64,000 nt of DNA from Octopus vulgaris (lineage: Eukaryota), in contig OX597823.1 in NCBI GenBank assembly GCA_951406725.2, positions 96,100,001 to 96,164,000 on the forward strand, written 5' to 3'. Within the stretch, counting starts at the first letter, position 1. Each line of letters begins with the position of its first letter. A model generated the notes under the pieces. That model saw only the letters and a program-made list of their open reading frames with translations. It made no database searches and was not told the DNA's origin. Shown here piece by piece: positions 52,015 to 63,818 of the stretch. Position numbers and translations under genes: made by a program.

Positions 52015-54092
52015 TTAGATATGTTTTGACCAAAGATTGGTCCAGGCCATGTCTAACTTAATAGCACCACCTGATAGAATTATTTGAATCCTGTTTAATT
52101 CAAGTTTTGTTTATGGTCCATTCAAGTAGTGAGTTTTTGTTGGGTGAGTTGTATCCAATAATGGGTGGCTTATCTGGTATTCCTTGAAGGAATCTATCCA
52201 GACTCCGTTTAAAGTTGATGGGATCCTTTTCCTCTTTGATCTCTTTCGGGACAATGTTAAATAAGGCAGGGCCTGTTGAAGAAAAGAAATTATGTTGCAG
52301 TGTACATGTACATGTATGCTGTGATCTTGAATTGGGCAGGGGACGTATGGCCCGTGGTCCCAGTCTTGGATGAACCTTGAAGCTAATGTTCAAGTTGGCG
52401 GTATATTCTCCACATCGTACAAATGATGTACCGCTCACGGCGACACTGGAGAGAGTAGAGTTTCAAGGCTTTAAGGCGATCCCAATAATCGAGAGCAGCC
52501 ATGCCTTCAATTCGTTTTGTCTTGTATGGGGAGACCACAGTGGGCAGCAGTATTCGAGGTGTGGCCGTACAAAGGAGGAGAAAAGTGGTATGATGACACC
52601 TTGTTCTCTTGACTGGAAAGTTCTTAAGATCCAGGAACTCATCCTACGAGCTATATCGACCTTCTTGTTGATGTGTGCACTCTAACTGAGATCGTCATCA
52701 ACAATTACACCCAGGTCTCTGATATTGTTAGAGGCTGTGAGCGGTTCCCCTGAAGGAAGAGAGCATGGCTGTTTTAGTGAGGAATTTCTTCCAAAATGCA
52801 TCAGCTCAAATTTTCCCTTGTTGCATTTTGTTTCTGTCTGCCCATTGACTCACAGCATATAGATCAGACTGGAGTTGAGTTCGGTCTGCTCCTTCATTGA
52901 CGATTTGCTGGAGCTTAGTGTCATCAGCAAATATTTTCACTTTGCAGTAATGTACGACACTGGAAAGGTCGTTTATGTAGGATGGAAAATAGCACAGCGT
53001 CCCTTGTTGTTGGTGTCGCTGGGGCCAAATCTACAGTTGCCTTGAGAATAGTAATGGCAGACTGTTTGATGTGGGTGTGGTAGTGGTTTTTCTATTCTGG
53101 CAGGCTCGTTGGTCAGTGGTCCTATTGTAGTAACAGTAGCAGAGTGTTGTTGTTGTTGTTGTTGCTGTAGCAGCAGTGAAACTTGACTTGCAACAGTAGG
53201 GCTGGGTGGAATTGGGTCAGATACTGGTGCTAAACAAGGTGCTTCCAATGTAGTAGTAGAAGCAGTCTGTTGTTGTTGTGATAGTGAGTCCTGGCTTGCC
53301 AAGGTAGTGTTGGGTGGAATTAGGTCAGATGTTTGTTGTTGGCTATCGGGTCGTTGAAGTGACCCCTGACCTGTTGGAGTTGGGTCATTTGGTGCACTAC
53401 ATTCATTGACAAGGATGGCTTCTAGTGTTGCCATGTGCGTGTGGAAAATAGGAAATATTCTTACAGTCTCTTTTATTTTATTTTCGATCTGTTTTACAGA
53501 TCTGTGAAAGGATTGTTTTGCTAATTTTTCAGCTATTTTACTGTAAACATTAGCTTCGTTGTGGTGAGTGTACCAAGCGTTTATCAGTGCAGTGATTTCA
53601 TTTTCAACCCAGTGGCGTTTTTGAATATTATTGGCCATATTCAGTGGGACAGTATTACACATTGTACGTCAGTTAAATTGATGGCTTGATGTATAATAGT
53701 GAATACACCGTTGAAAAGTTTGTGTCGATATATTCGGAAATGCGTGGCTATATCTGAGTGTGCGTGGGAGAGTTCAGTGTATTTAGTACAAATCAGGATG
53801 AGCGGTGTGTTTAATACATATCAAGAAAAAGAATTGTACTCACGGGACTAGTTTTAGAACTAGTCTTGGGTTTAGTTTTGGTTTATATTTCTTTCTCCAG
53901 GTTGTATATAGATTTGTATAAATTTATCCTCCAATGGTAGTAAAAGAGTAGAATAGTAGAATTGTAGAATTCAAAAGTTCTGGGACTAAAAACAAGGAGA
54001 GTTTCTGCTGGGTTGAGTTGAAATATGCTTCTTTGGCTACTGACTTTGACCGGAGCTATGAAAAGTACGTCTTGTCACAACGAATGCCCAGC
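52015..54092 (-). mobile_element. CR1/L2-group LINE with an internal deletion (5' UTR and ORF1 fused to the RT C-terminus and tail)
   Basis: ORF 52973-53662 (Myb/SANT-like N-terminus, CCCH finger) abuts NDLSSVVHYCKVKIFADDTKL and VRPHLEYCCPLWSP. Tail ggtggtgc..catggcc..hairpin..aaaca at about 52020-52072. Confidence 0.75.
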
Positions 54093-54102
54093 TACGTATA
54101 TA

Positions 54103-54517
54103 TCATAATCATCATCATCATCGTTTAGCGTCCGCTTTCCATGCTAGCATGGGTTGGACGGTTCAACTGGGGTCTGGGAAGCCAGAAGGCTGCACCAGGC
54201 CCAGTTTGATCTGGCAATGTTTCTACGGCTGGATGCCCTTCCTAACGCCAACCACTCAATGAGTGTAGTGGGTGCTTTTTACGTGCCACCGGCACAGGTG
54301 CCAGACAAGTCTGGCAAACGGCCAAGATCGGATGGTGCTTTTTATGTGCCACCGGCACGGGGGCCAGGCGAGGCTGGCAACGGCCACGAACGGATGGTGC
54401 TTTTTACGTGCCACCGGCACGAGGCCAGTCGGGGCGGCGCTGGCAATGGCCATGAACGGATGGTGCTTTTTACGTGCCACCGGCACGGGGGCCAGGCGAG
54501 GCTGGCAACGGCCATGA

Positions 54518-54520
<3 letters not shown>
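54103..54520 (-). mobile_element. RTE 3'-UTR fragment with about 4 tandem 61-65-bp sub-repeats
   Basis: ggtgcttttta(c/t)gtgccaccggcac recurs near 54271, 54335, 54396 and 54461. (CAT)n tail at 54103-54122. Confidence 0.85.
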
Positions 54521-54569
<49 letters not shown>

Positions 54570-54572
<3 letters not shown>

Positions 54573-55197
54573 TTTATCCTTTTACTTGTTACAGCCATGC
54601 AACTGCAGTCATGCTGGGGCACCACCATGGTCCTCTTGATTTCCTCAGTCTGAGGTGTTTCACATCACCACTCCTGTATGTGCCTTCGTCCCAGCTGTTG
54701 ACCCATTTGGTGTATAAGGGAGTTTGATTCCGCTTCCTTCATCCGTACCTCATGTCGGTCTGTTGGTTCATCCGATATTGTGGAGAGGAGGATGTCTAGT
54801 TTCTTTTTGAAGACATCTACTTCCACCTTATGCAGATTTCTTAATTTTTGTGGCAGAGCATTGAAGAGCTGTGCACCTTTGAACCTGAAACTATTGCAGT
54901 ACCTGGTCCTGAATTTAAATGGAGTGGATGGTACCTTTGGTACAATACAATAGTGGCCAGTTCTGGCATTTGTATAATTCTCAATGCTGAAATCAGGTAC
55001 TAGCCCTTCTAGAATTTTCCATATGTGAATTAGAGAATATCTCTCACGCCTTTGCTCCAGGGAATAAAGTTGCAGTTTTCTCAGCCTATCCCTGTAGCTC
55101 ATCCACTGCACTGTTTCAATCTTTTTAGTGTAGTGGTGTTGGACTGCTTCAAGCCCCAGTTAGTTTGGCACTATATGGCGACCATAACTGGGAGCAC
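54570..55197 (-). mobile_element. CR1/L2-group LINE 3' fragment
   Basis: MSYRDRLRKLQLYSLEQRRERY...FKGAQLFNALP...DEPT, homologous to 50517-51176, followed by the same tail. Confidence 0.9.
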
Positions 55198-57017
55198 TAT
55201 ATATATATAGTGTTTATAAATGACCAATTAGTTGGTTGTTATATTTAACCAACTGACTAGCAAAAAAGAAGTGATATTGGACCAGTGCATGTGTCATTAT
55301 TGTTGGCATAATGACCCTCCCAAGACACAAGATGCATATGTGTGTGTGTGAGAGAGAGAGAAAGAGAGAGAGAGAAACATCCTATTCATAAAACTTAAAC
55401 CCTGAATATTTTATAACTATACAGAAATTTAAATGTCAGACAGTTAAAGGACATACAATTCTCTACTTTCCATGGCATCTGAAGTCTCATACTAACCTTT
55501 TAAAAGATACAATTTTTAAATAATCAGTGTTAATAACTATAGAGTTTCAATATATGCTATGTATTGCTGTGTAAAGGAGAGCAGTGAAAAAGTGTGTGTC
55601 TGTGTATGTGTGGATGACAAACAGAGAATGGGAAAGCTCAAGAGAGAAGAAAAACATAAGAGAAACTGAAGGAGAAAGAAACGCAGAGTTCATCATCATA
55701 AATTGACATTTCTCTACCTCACACTGACATTCTTACTCTATTACCAACTTCATTACAACTATCAGTATTTCAGCAGCCCTTTTCTTGAATCCTCTCCGTT
55801 TTAATCAAAAATGACCATGAACCCATGATTTTTTTTCTTTGTGTATTATTCTGGGGTGACTTTGTTTTCGGGTGCAAATTTGGAAGAGATTTGTTGAGAA
55901 ATGACATTGTTTCAAGACAAACAAACAAAACTCTTATCACTATAGATTTAAAACTACCATGCATATATCTCACTTCAACATCATGAAAAATTTCATTTTC
56001 ATTTAATGGAAACTACTTTGAGAGATAACAAGAAATCAAAGTCTGGAGTGGGGGGCAGGGTTAGAGTTGTGTAGATATGTATGGGTGGTCTGAAAGTTAC
56101 ATTATTGACTAATCTTGTCTCATTTATTTTTGAGAAGGTCTGCTACACTAATTAGAAAAACTAGTATATTATTACTGTTGTTGTTATTATTATTAGTAGC
56201 AGAATTATTAATAATAATGTTTAAAAAAATGGTCACTAAATTAACTTAAAAAATGTGAATGATGAAACAGTAAGAATGATATGGAGGTAGAATACTGAGA
56301 GAGAGGGAAATGTGAGAGACAGGACGACTGACATTTCCAAATTATATATGCATACATATAAGTATATGAAATAAAAATTTAATATTTTGATTCTGGTTTA
56401 TAATTTTTCAATAAATAATTAGGATTTTAATAATAAACTAAAATAACATGTTTTCCTTCATTTTGAAAGTTTTCTTTTTCATTTTAGTTTAAATTTAGAA
56501 AAGCAAGTCTGCTATAAATGTTTAAATCCAAGATTGATGGTAGTTGCTGTTGTCCCTAGAAACCCCAAAACCCTTTTTACCATAAGTCTAATTTCAAAGA
56601 TAAAGAGTGATTCTTCACTTAGGATTGCATGCCAAGTTGTGTCTAAGTCCTGGTCACAGTAAGTTTTATATATATATATTTTTTCAAGTCAGGTCAGAAG
56701 TAACTGTTTTCAGCAAATAATTTCAAGACCAAGGAAGGAGATGTAAAGAAGAAAAAAAAAAGGAAAAAAAAAAAAGAATTTATGATTTTGTTTTGTAATT
56801 CTCCTCAACTTTAAATAAAGAGACTGGATGTCAGAAGCAGGAGAGAGGAAGGAGTGAAGAAACAAGCACATAAAATATTCCTTTGGTTGTTTCAGTGAAA
56901 TTCATGAGAGGATGTCCAGCAGAGTCTTACTTAGACCTGATGTGATGTATGAGTTGAAATGGTCAACGGCAATGCAGAAAGCAGTATCTCCTCCCCACCC
57001 CCTAGTCGTTCTTGTCA

Positions 57018-58847
57018 TCATCTACTCTGGTGCCGATGTTGTAATGTTTCCTGCAGTTGGGATAATGATAATTTAACTTGATCTACTAATATAACAGCCG
57101 CTGATAGAATTTCTCTCCATCGTTCTAGTTCACTTTCATGTAATACTTGTTGTTGTTTTAACAGCTCCGCCCACTCTTCCTGATTCTGTGGGTAATTATC
57201 TTTATTTTGAAGACCATTCTTTAAGTATGGTAAATATATTGTGTTGGCATAACTTTCTAAAGACCATAGTTTATAAAACAATACTGCATTAAACATGACA
57301 AGCAGTACCAATACAAAACAAACTATTCTGATCATTGTGTCAGCATTGAGTTTAATAATCTTTTCATCATTTGATAACTGACTTTTTGAAGGTGAGGAAG
57401 GAGTGACTGATTTTGCCTTTGACTTAGAATCGGCACCTGGTCGTTGTACTGGTGTTTCAGATGTACTACCTATTTGCCGACGACGTTTGCGTACTTTTTT
57501 CTTTGATACAGAATGACTACCTGAATGGTTCTGTTCCAATTTTTCAGATTCTGCTTGCAATTCACAAGCTAATGAATGAAAATATTCTGAACAACCATGA
57601 GCAGCATTTTTCTCAATTATATTTTTTACAATGCGCCACAATGTTTTTCTATAACGTACATCACTTGTTACTTTGAGTCTACATTTGGTATAAGACGCTC
57701 TAGTGATGCAATACCGGTGCTCAACATAAAATGATTCAGTGTAAGGTACAGAAGCCATTGTGGTAGAAGTGTCGATGACATACAACATTCCAGGTTGACT
57801 CTGTTTGTAACACACCTGATTCTCAGTAGCTGTTGAGTTCTTTGGCCCCAGAGATGCTCCCAGTGCCAGAGTATATGTTATTCTACGCTCTCGGTTTCCA
57901 TCAGCATCAGGTTCTTCTGGCCAAGGAGGAAGGACAAGTTCATAAGTTTTCCTGACTTCAGCAAAATGCCTGAAAAATGGAGAATCTGTGAAGAGATATT
58001 CAAACATCTTGTCCACTGGAATACTGAAGACTTCATTCATGTAAGTCTTAGAAAAATGTTCATGTCCAGTACAGATAATTTTTCCTGTTTCCTCTGAAGG
58101 GCATTTAACAGGGTTACAACAAGATGGTAGACCTTCACCGTCATCACTCTCTTCTGTGGTATCTCCAAAATCTGTTAATGGTTCATCCCCATTAACAATG
58201 GGATCCTGGGAAGGCTCAAAGGCATCATCAGTAGCAACGAGATCAGTATCATCAGCATTTGTAATGGATTCTGTTTGAACCACATGCTGATCGGAGGAAT
58301 CAGTTGGACAGTCCTTTCCAGCTATACTGACATCTTCTTTGGTAATATGTCGATCTCTCAAATAATCAAGACCAGGAGGAGGAACATAATCATCATCACT
58401 AGAAGTTAATCCAAGTTCTTCTCCGTAGCTGATGTAAACCCAATGCCATTGCTCTTGCGGTGTCATTGGCTGATCCATCAGGGCATTTTGCCAAATCCTG
58501 AACAACATCATAAAAGTTTTGTCTCGAGTCCCAAAAGAGGTGAAAAAATATTTGTCTTTTTCTGTAGCAATTTGTATAGCATTTGGTATCACTCGGGCAG
58601 TTTTCTCTTTGGTAATAGCACATATTTCCTTGCATGGAATAGTTAACACAGTTTCCCATCTAAATATGTTTGCATAGAAGCAGACCCAGTTCTGAGAAAT
58701 GAACATGCGACCATGCACAAGTATGTCTTTTTGAAGCGCACAAGAATAATCTACAATTAACCGTTCATCATTTGGTATTTCTTTGAAAATTTTCTTGTAA
58801 TCCTCACTGCGTGATTTATAGGTAGGACTTAAAACCGGATATAAACA
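57018..58847 (-). CDS. GRAMD1B: Intronless GRAMD1/Aster-like retrocopy (GRAM + VASt/ASTER + TM + luminal helix); uninterrupted 609-codon frame, apparently 5'-truncated
   Basis: The frame is open from TGA (58850-58848) to the stop at 57018. It begins YPVLSPTYKSRSEDYKKIFKEIPNDERLIVDYSCALQKDILVHGRMFISQNWVCFYANIFRWET (GRAMD1 GRAM signature). VASt region VPYTESFYVEHRYCI; TM IVCFVLVLLVMFNAVLFYKLW. First in-frame ATG is at 58706, inside GRAM. Confidence 0.88.
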   Translation of the reverse strand, partial: CLYPVLSPTYKSRSEDYKKIFKEIPNDERLIVDYSCALQKDILVHGRMFISQNWVCFYANIFRWETVLTIPCKEICAITKEKTARVIPNAIQIATEKDKYFFTSFGTRDKTFMMLFRIWQNALMDQPMTPQEQWHWVYISYGEELGLTSSDDDYVPPPGLDYLRDRHITKEDVSIAGKDCPTDSSDQHVVQTESITNADDTDLVATDDAFEPSQDPIVNGDEPLTDFGDTTEESDDGEGLPSCCNPVKCPSEETGKIICTGHEHFSKTYMNEVFSIPVDKMFEYLFTDSPFFRHFAEVRKTYELVLPPWPEEPDADGNRERRITYTLALGASLGPKNSTATENQVCYKQSQPGMLYVIDTSTTMASVPYTESFYVEHRYCITRASYTKCRLKVTSDVRYRKTLWRIVKNIIEKNAAHGCSEYFHSLACELQAESEKLEQNHSGSHSVSKKKVRKRRRQIGSTSETPVQRPGADSKSKAKSVTPSSPSKSQLSNDEKIIKLNADTMIRIVCFVLVLLVMFNAVLFYKLWSLESYANTIYLPYLKNGLQNKDNYPQNQEEWAELLKQQQVLHESELERWREILSAAVILVDQVKLSLSQLQETLQHRHQSR

Positions 58848-59246
58848 TCATTTTTATATTTCCCAAATGCACATAGATTTTAAAGTTGTGGTATTTTTTT
58901 GTTAGTGGTACGTGGAATAACAAAAACGCCGTTGAAACTTATTTGCAAAAAGAAAACATTACATAGCTTCGGCTTTTCGTTCTGGCTTCAAATCCTGCCA
59001 AAGTCAACATTGTCTTTCGGCCCTTCGGGGTCGGATAAAATAAAGTACCAGTCAAACATGGAATCGATATAATCGTCTAGCACCACTCTTAACAAATTGC
59101 TGGCCTTGTGCCCAAAATTGAAACAATTGTGTAATCTCGCTATTAGTATTTTTCTTTCTTGAATTAACGACAACTTTGAACAAGCGATATAATAAATCTA
59201 TATATCTATAATAAATATATATATACATATACATGCATACATATAT

Positions 59247-59664
59247 CTCTTTTACTCTTTTACTCTTTTACTTGTTTCAGTCATTTGACTGCGGCCATGC
59301 TGGAGCACCGCCTTTAATCGAGCAATTCGACCCCGGGACTTATTCTTTTGTAAGCCCAGTACTTATTCTATCGGTCTCTTTTGCCAAACTGCTAAGTAAC
59401 GGGGACATAAACACACCATCGGTTGTCAAGCAATGCTAGGGGACAAACACAGACACACAAACACACACACGTATATATATATATATATATATATACATAT
59501 ATACGACGGGCTTCTCTCAGTTTCCGTCTATCAAATCCACTCACAAGGCTTCGGTCGGCCCGAGGCTATAGTAGGAGACACTTGCCCAAGGTGCCGCGCA
59601 GTGAGACTGAACCCGGAACCATGTGGTTGGTAGACAAGCTACTTACCACACAGCCACTCCTACG

Positions 59665-59667
<3 letters not shown>
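59247..59667 (-). mobile_element. tRNA-derived SINE family A, well-preserved full-length copy
   Basis: Head aggcgtaggagtggctgtgtggtaag..ggttccgggttcagtc, internal (TA)n, tail ggcggtgctccagcatggccgcagtcaaatgactgaaacaagtaaaag(agtaaaag)n. Confidence 0.85.
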
Positions 59668-59737
<70 letters not shown>

Positions 59738-60082
59738 GAGACAGAACCGCCATAAAGTAATTCAATTAATAATGAAAGATATTATCTATAATAAAATATA
59801 AATTTAAATATATTATTATTAATATTGTACTAAAATTTTCTATATTAAATAATACACATTAAAATGACGACGTGCGTTTTGTGACAATGTATTCAAATCA
59901 ACAATATTAAAATCGATAATCTCAAAGATTAATATTTCTGTCCAACAATATATAGCCACTCTTCAGGTCTCTATAACATAAAATAAATGAGGACGTTATA
60001 ATTAAACTATACATTTATAAATAATCGATAAGATTTAACCATATTAAAGAAAAGTAGGAGCATGACTTATCTTATGAGCATC

Positions 60083-60156
<74 letters not shown>

Positions 60157-60159
<3 letters not shown>

Positions 60160-60410
60160 AAATTTAGAAGATTGACCACTAAAAGTGGACAGCCCGTATG
60201 CTAGATATAGACGTCAAAATCGCCATTTTCCACGGAGAATGTGTTCTCAAGAAAAAATTCCGCAGAAAACCAAAGCGTAAATATAAGCAAAAAAAATGAA
60301 AATATACGAAAAAAAAACAATTACCTATGTACTAATTACTTTGGCGATTTTGACGTCTATATCTAGCATACAGGCTGTCCACTTTTAGTGGTCAACCCTC
60401 TAAATTTTGT
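60157..60410. repeat. Inverted repeat with about 69-bp arms
   Basis: acaaaatttag..ttgaccactaaaagtggacagcc.gtatgctagatatagacgtcaaaatcgcca and its reverse complement at 60341-60410. Confidence 0.9.
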
Positions 60411-60504
60411 ATGTAAAAAACAAATTTTAATCATCGGATTTTTTAAATATGCTAGGCCACTGGTTTTAATTGATTAATATCAATTTCTACCCTTATTTAA
60501 TATA

Positions 60505-60567
<63 letters not shown>

Positions 60568-60828
60568 GCTATGTGTGTGTCTATGTGTGTGTGTTTGTCA
60601 CCCACCACTACTTGATGACCAGTGTTGGTTTGTTTATGTCTCCATAACTTAATGGTTAAAAATAAACCAATGGAATCAGCACCAGGCATAAAAAAGTTCT
60701 GGGGTCAATTAATTCAAGTAAAAGTTTTTCAAGGCGGTGCCCCAGCATGGCCGCAGTCAAATGAGAGAAACAAGTAAACGATAAAAGATAAAGAATACAC
60801 AGAAAATGGTAAATGTAATATCACTTAC

Positions 60829-61041
60829 CAGTTTAGCGTCAAAATTAGGGTCCGTTTTCGAAGCTGAGGAATGGTAAACATTTTCCAGGTTTCTACTCTT
60901 TTATTGTTCGATGAGGAAATGTTGACGATTTCTGTTTGAGGCAAAACTTTTTCATTCAGTTTGGCGATGTTGCTAAGAATTATGTTGGCATCTTTTGTTC
61001 TCTTTTTATTGAGGAGCCATCGGGGAGACTCGTCTAGGAAA
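60829..61041 (-). CDS. SLC22: SLC22-like internal exon (large cytoplasmic loop)
   Basis: ttctatttgcaag| ... |gtaagt; phases 2/2. FLDESPRWLL...IAKLN...MFTIPQLRKRTLIL contains the PESPRWL-type motif. Confidence 0.9.
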
Positions 61042-61862
61042 CTTGCAAATAGAAAACGGAAAACCTCATCAATACAACCGCATATACACAATTCACATAC
61101 ATGCATATATATATATATAAATATATATTCGTACATACAGACAGATATTGGAAGATCGATAGATTGGTAGATAGGGAGATAGATAGACATTTGTTGAAGG
61201 TGCCATACAATGAGACTGAACCCAGAACCATGCAGTTGGGAAGCAAACTTCTTACCACACACCCACACCTGTTAAAAATCAAGTGAAGTCTATATTTAAA
61301 GCGTCCTAAAGTACCCGTCCATAAACAACGAATGTTTTCCCCGCAAAATTGGATTCAGGCGGAGGTATAGGTGTTAGATCGGAGGTTTGCTTCCCCGAGA
61401 GAGATATCTAAACAAAGACTAAGGGTTCCTCACCCCCAACTGCCCTTTGATGGGTTTATGTTTCTCATCCTGGAGGGTGTCCGTCATAAACCCCCACCTC
61501 ACTCCCACCCGCCTTCCCAAGCAAGCTTGTTAGGGTTGCAAGTTTAGCCGCCAACTATGTGACGAGTTGTACATGCATACAGACACACACACACACATCC
61601 GTCCATCTACCCATACATACGTCCACACACACACACACACATATATATATACATATATACATACATCCATACATTCATGTACTCACAGTACATACATGCA
61701 CACATCCAACCATACGTATACATAGACGTCCATACACGCATACATACATACATAGATCCATTGATCATATAACCATATATGTATATACACATCCATCCAT
61801 CCATCCATCCAGTCAGCCTGCCAACCAGCCAGCCACCCACCCTTACATACCTGCATACTTAC

Positions 61863-62034
61863 CAGACATAGACGATACCGAGCACCAGTGACGGGATTGA
61901 TATTATGATCATCAAAGTCTTCCAGGTCCTCACAAAGTAAGTCAGAGGAAAAATGATCACTAGTCCGGTGGCAAATATCATGTGGGTGGCCACGTTAGAT
62001 TTCATTCTATTGTTCGCCGAAGAGACTTCAGCAG
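61863..62034 (-). CDS. SLC22: SLC22-like internal exon (TM5-6); upstream exons lie beyond the window
   Basis: aaattccag| ... |gtaagt; phases 1/2. AEVSSANNRMKSNVATHMIFATGLVIIFPLTYFVRTWKTL. Confidence 0.85.
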
Positions 62035-62496
62035 CTGGAATTTGAAACAATGATGACAACATTTAAGCAAGATGATGATATAAAGAGGGAATTTATAATA
62101 TACACACACATGCACGCGCATATGTGTGTGTATATGTATATATATAGATGTCATTAAAACACTTGTCTTTAACCGAATTTGGTTAACAATATCCAGCAAT
62201 CAGACACCAATCAATGCAAGTAGAATACACATCGAAAGTAATTCCCTACGGATGACGAATAGATCTAAATAGCATTTAGAAGAATTTCAAGAAATTCAGA
62301 GTATTAGACCACAAAACTAGGGATAGAGAAAATCACATCTTTAATTGTTGAATTCACCAAAGAAAGCCGTCGACCGTTTCTGTTGTATCGCCATATTTAG
62401 ATTCAAGGAATATCATTCAAACTAATACATCTGAAAATACATGTTAACACGTTTCCAAGGTAATCCAAAAATTAGTTAAATTCAAAGTGAGCAATA

Positions 62497-62658
62497 GGCG
62501 CAGGCGTGGCTGTGTGGCAAGAAGCTTGCTTGTCAATCACGTGGTTCTGAGTTCAGTCACTCTGCGTGGCACCTTGGGCAAGTGTCTTTTACCATAACTC
62601 CAGACCAACCAAAGCTTCGAGACTGAATTTGGTAGACGGAAACTGAAAGAAGCATGTC

Positions 62659-62704
<46 letters not shown>

Positions 62705-63000
62705 AGGGAGAGAGAGAAAGAGAAAAGATGAAAAATACTAAAATATTTTCTACCTTATATATATGTGTGTGTGTATATATGTATGATTGTGTGTCTTTGT
62801 GTCTGTGTTTGTCCTCCATCCCTGCTTTACAACCGATGTTAGAGTGTTTGCTCCCTGTAACTTAATGGTTCAACAAAAAAGAACTGATAAAATAAGTACC
62901 AGGCTTTTCAAAAGATAAGTCCTGAGGTTGATTTGTTCGAATAAAAACATTTCAAGGTGCCCCAGCATGGACGCAGTCTAATGAATAAAACAAATAAAAA
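62497..63000 (+). mobile_element. tRNA-derived SINE family A
   Basis: ggcgcaggcgtggctgtgtggcaagaagcttgc...ggtgcccagcatggacgcagtctaatga. Confidence 0.8.
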
Positions 63001-63494
63001 CTAGAGGTGGAGAAAATATCTCCGGTACACGAACACACACTAGGAGAACGTTGAAAAGAAATATAACATTCTAAGAAAAGCCAACCTAGCATTAAACCTT
63101 TGATGACGTCAGTCGATAACGAAAGAATAAAAATAAACATATGAATTCTACGTCACGGCATCCAGAAATATTGAGATCCTACATCACAACAATCAGTTAT
63201 CTATATATTAAATATACCAAACATTTTTAGAAAAATCATGCTTATTATATAAAATGCAATTGTAATTAAGAATCGAAATATTTAAATGTTTTCCAAAATT
63301 TGCGACATTTAATTGTAAAATTACCATTAAAATTTGATAATGTTAATTTAGAAGTAATTACATAATACATTTGTTTTCAAGGGAAAGATCACGTGTAGAA
63401 TTTCCAATATTTTACAATAATGGAACACTTTAAGTCATACTTAATGTTCCTGACTTTTAAATCCCCAGTGATCTTACTAAGATTTGTAGAATTA

Positions 63495-63690
63495 CTTTTT
63501 CATCTATACTTGAATGACACTGATTATGAAATCTAGATTTCCAATTGTTTGTAGATGAACCTGTGTAATAATAATTATGATCCCCTTTTATTACCTTACA
63601 TTGATACACAATATTTTTCATTAAGCACTGATTTCCTATAGGACAAACGATTGTGGTTTTAGAATCACACAGGCATTTTTCACTTGTATT
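63495..63690 (-). mobile_element. Penelope-like GIY-YIG endonuclease remnant
   Basis: Minus-strand translation CLCDSKTTIVCPIGNQCLMKNIVYQCKVIKGDHNYYYTGSSTNNWKSRFHNQ shows the Cys-rich linker and IVY..YTG..R motif. It abuts an oppositely oriented PLE fragment at about 63100-63493. Confidence 0.75.
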
Positions 63691-63752
63691 TGGTATTCAT
63701 GATTAAAAGAAGTTTGATTAGTCCTCATCTCAGAATTAGGTGTTAAGGCAGG

Positions 63753-63818
<66 letters not shown>

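Noticed and set aside
54271-54520. CRISPR-like repeat-spacer pattern
   Set aside because: The 'spacers' are homologous to each other, the array is part of an RTE 3' UTR, the context is eukaryotic, and there are no cas genes.
62245-62300. CGGATGA followed by two hairpins (tctaaat/atttaga, gaatttc/gaaattc)
   Set aside because: Core and spacing deviate from a hammerhead, and there is no stem I.
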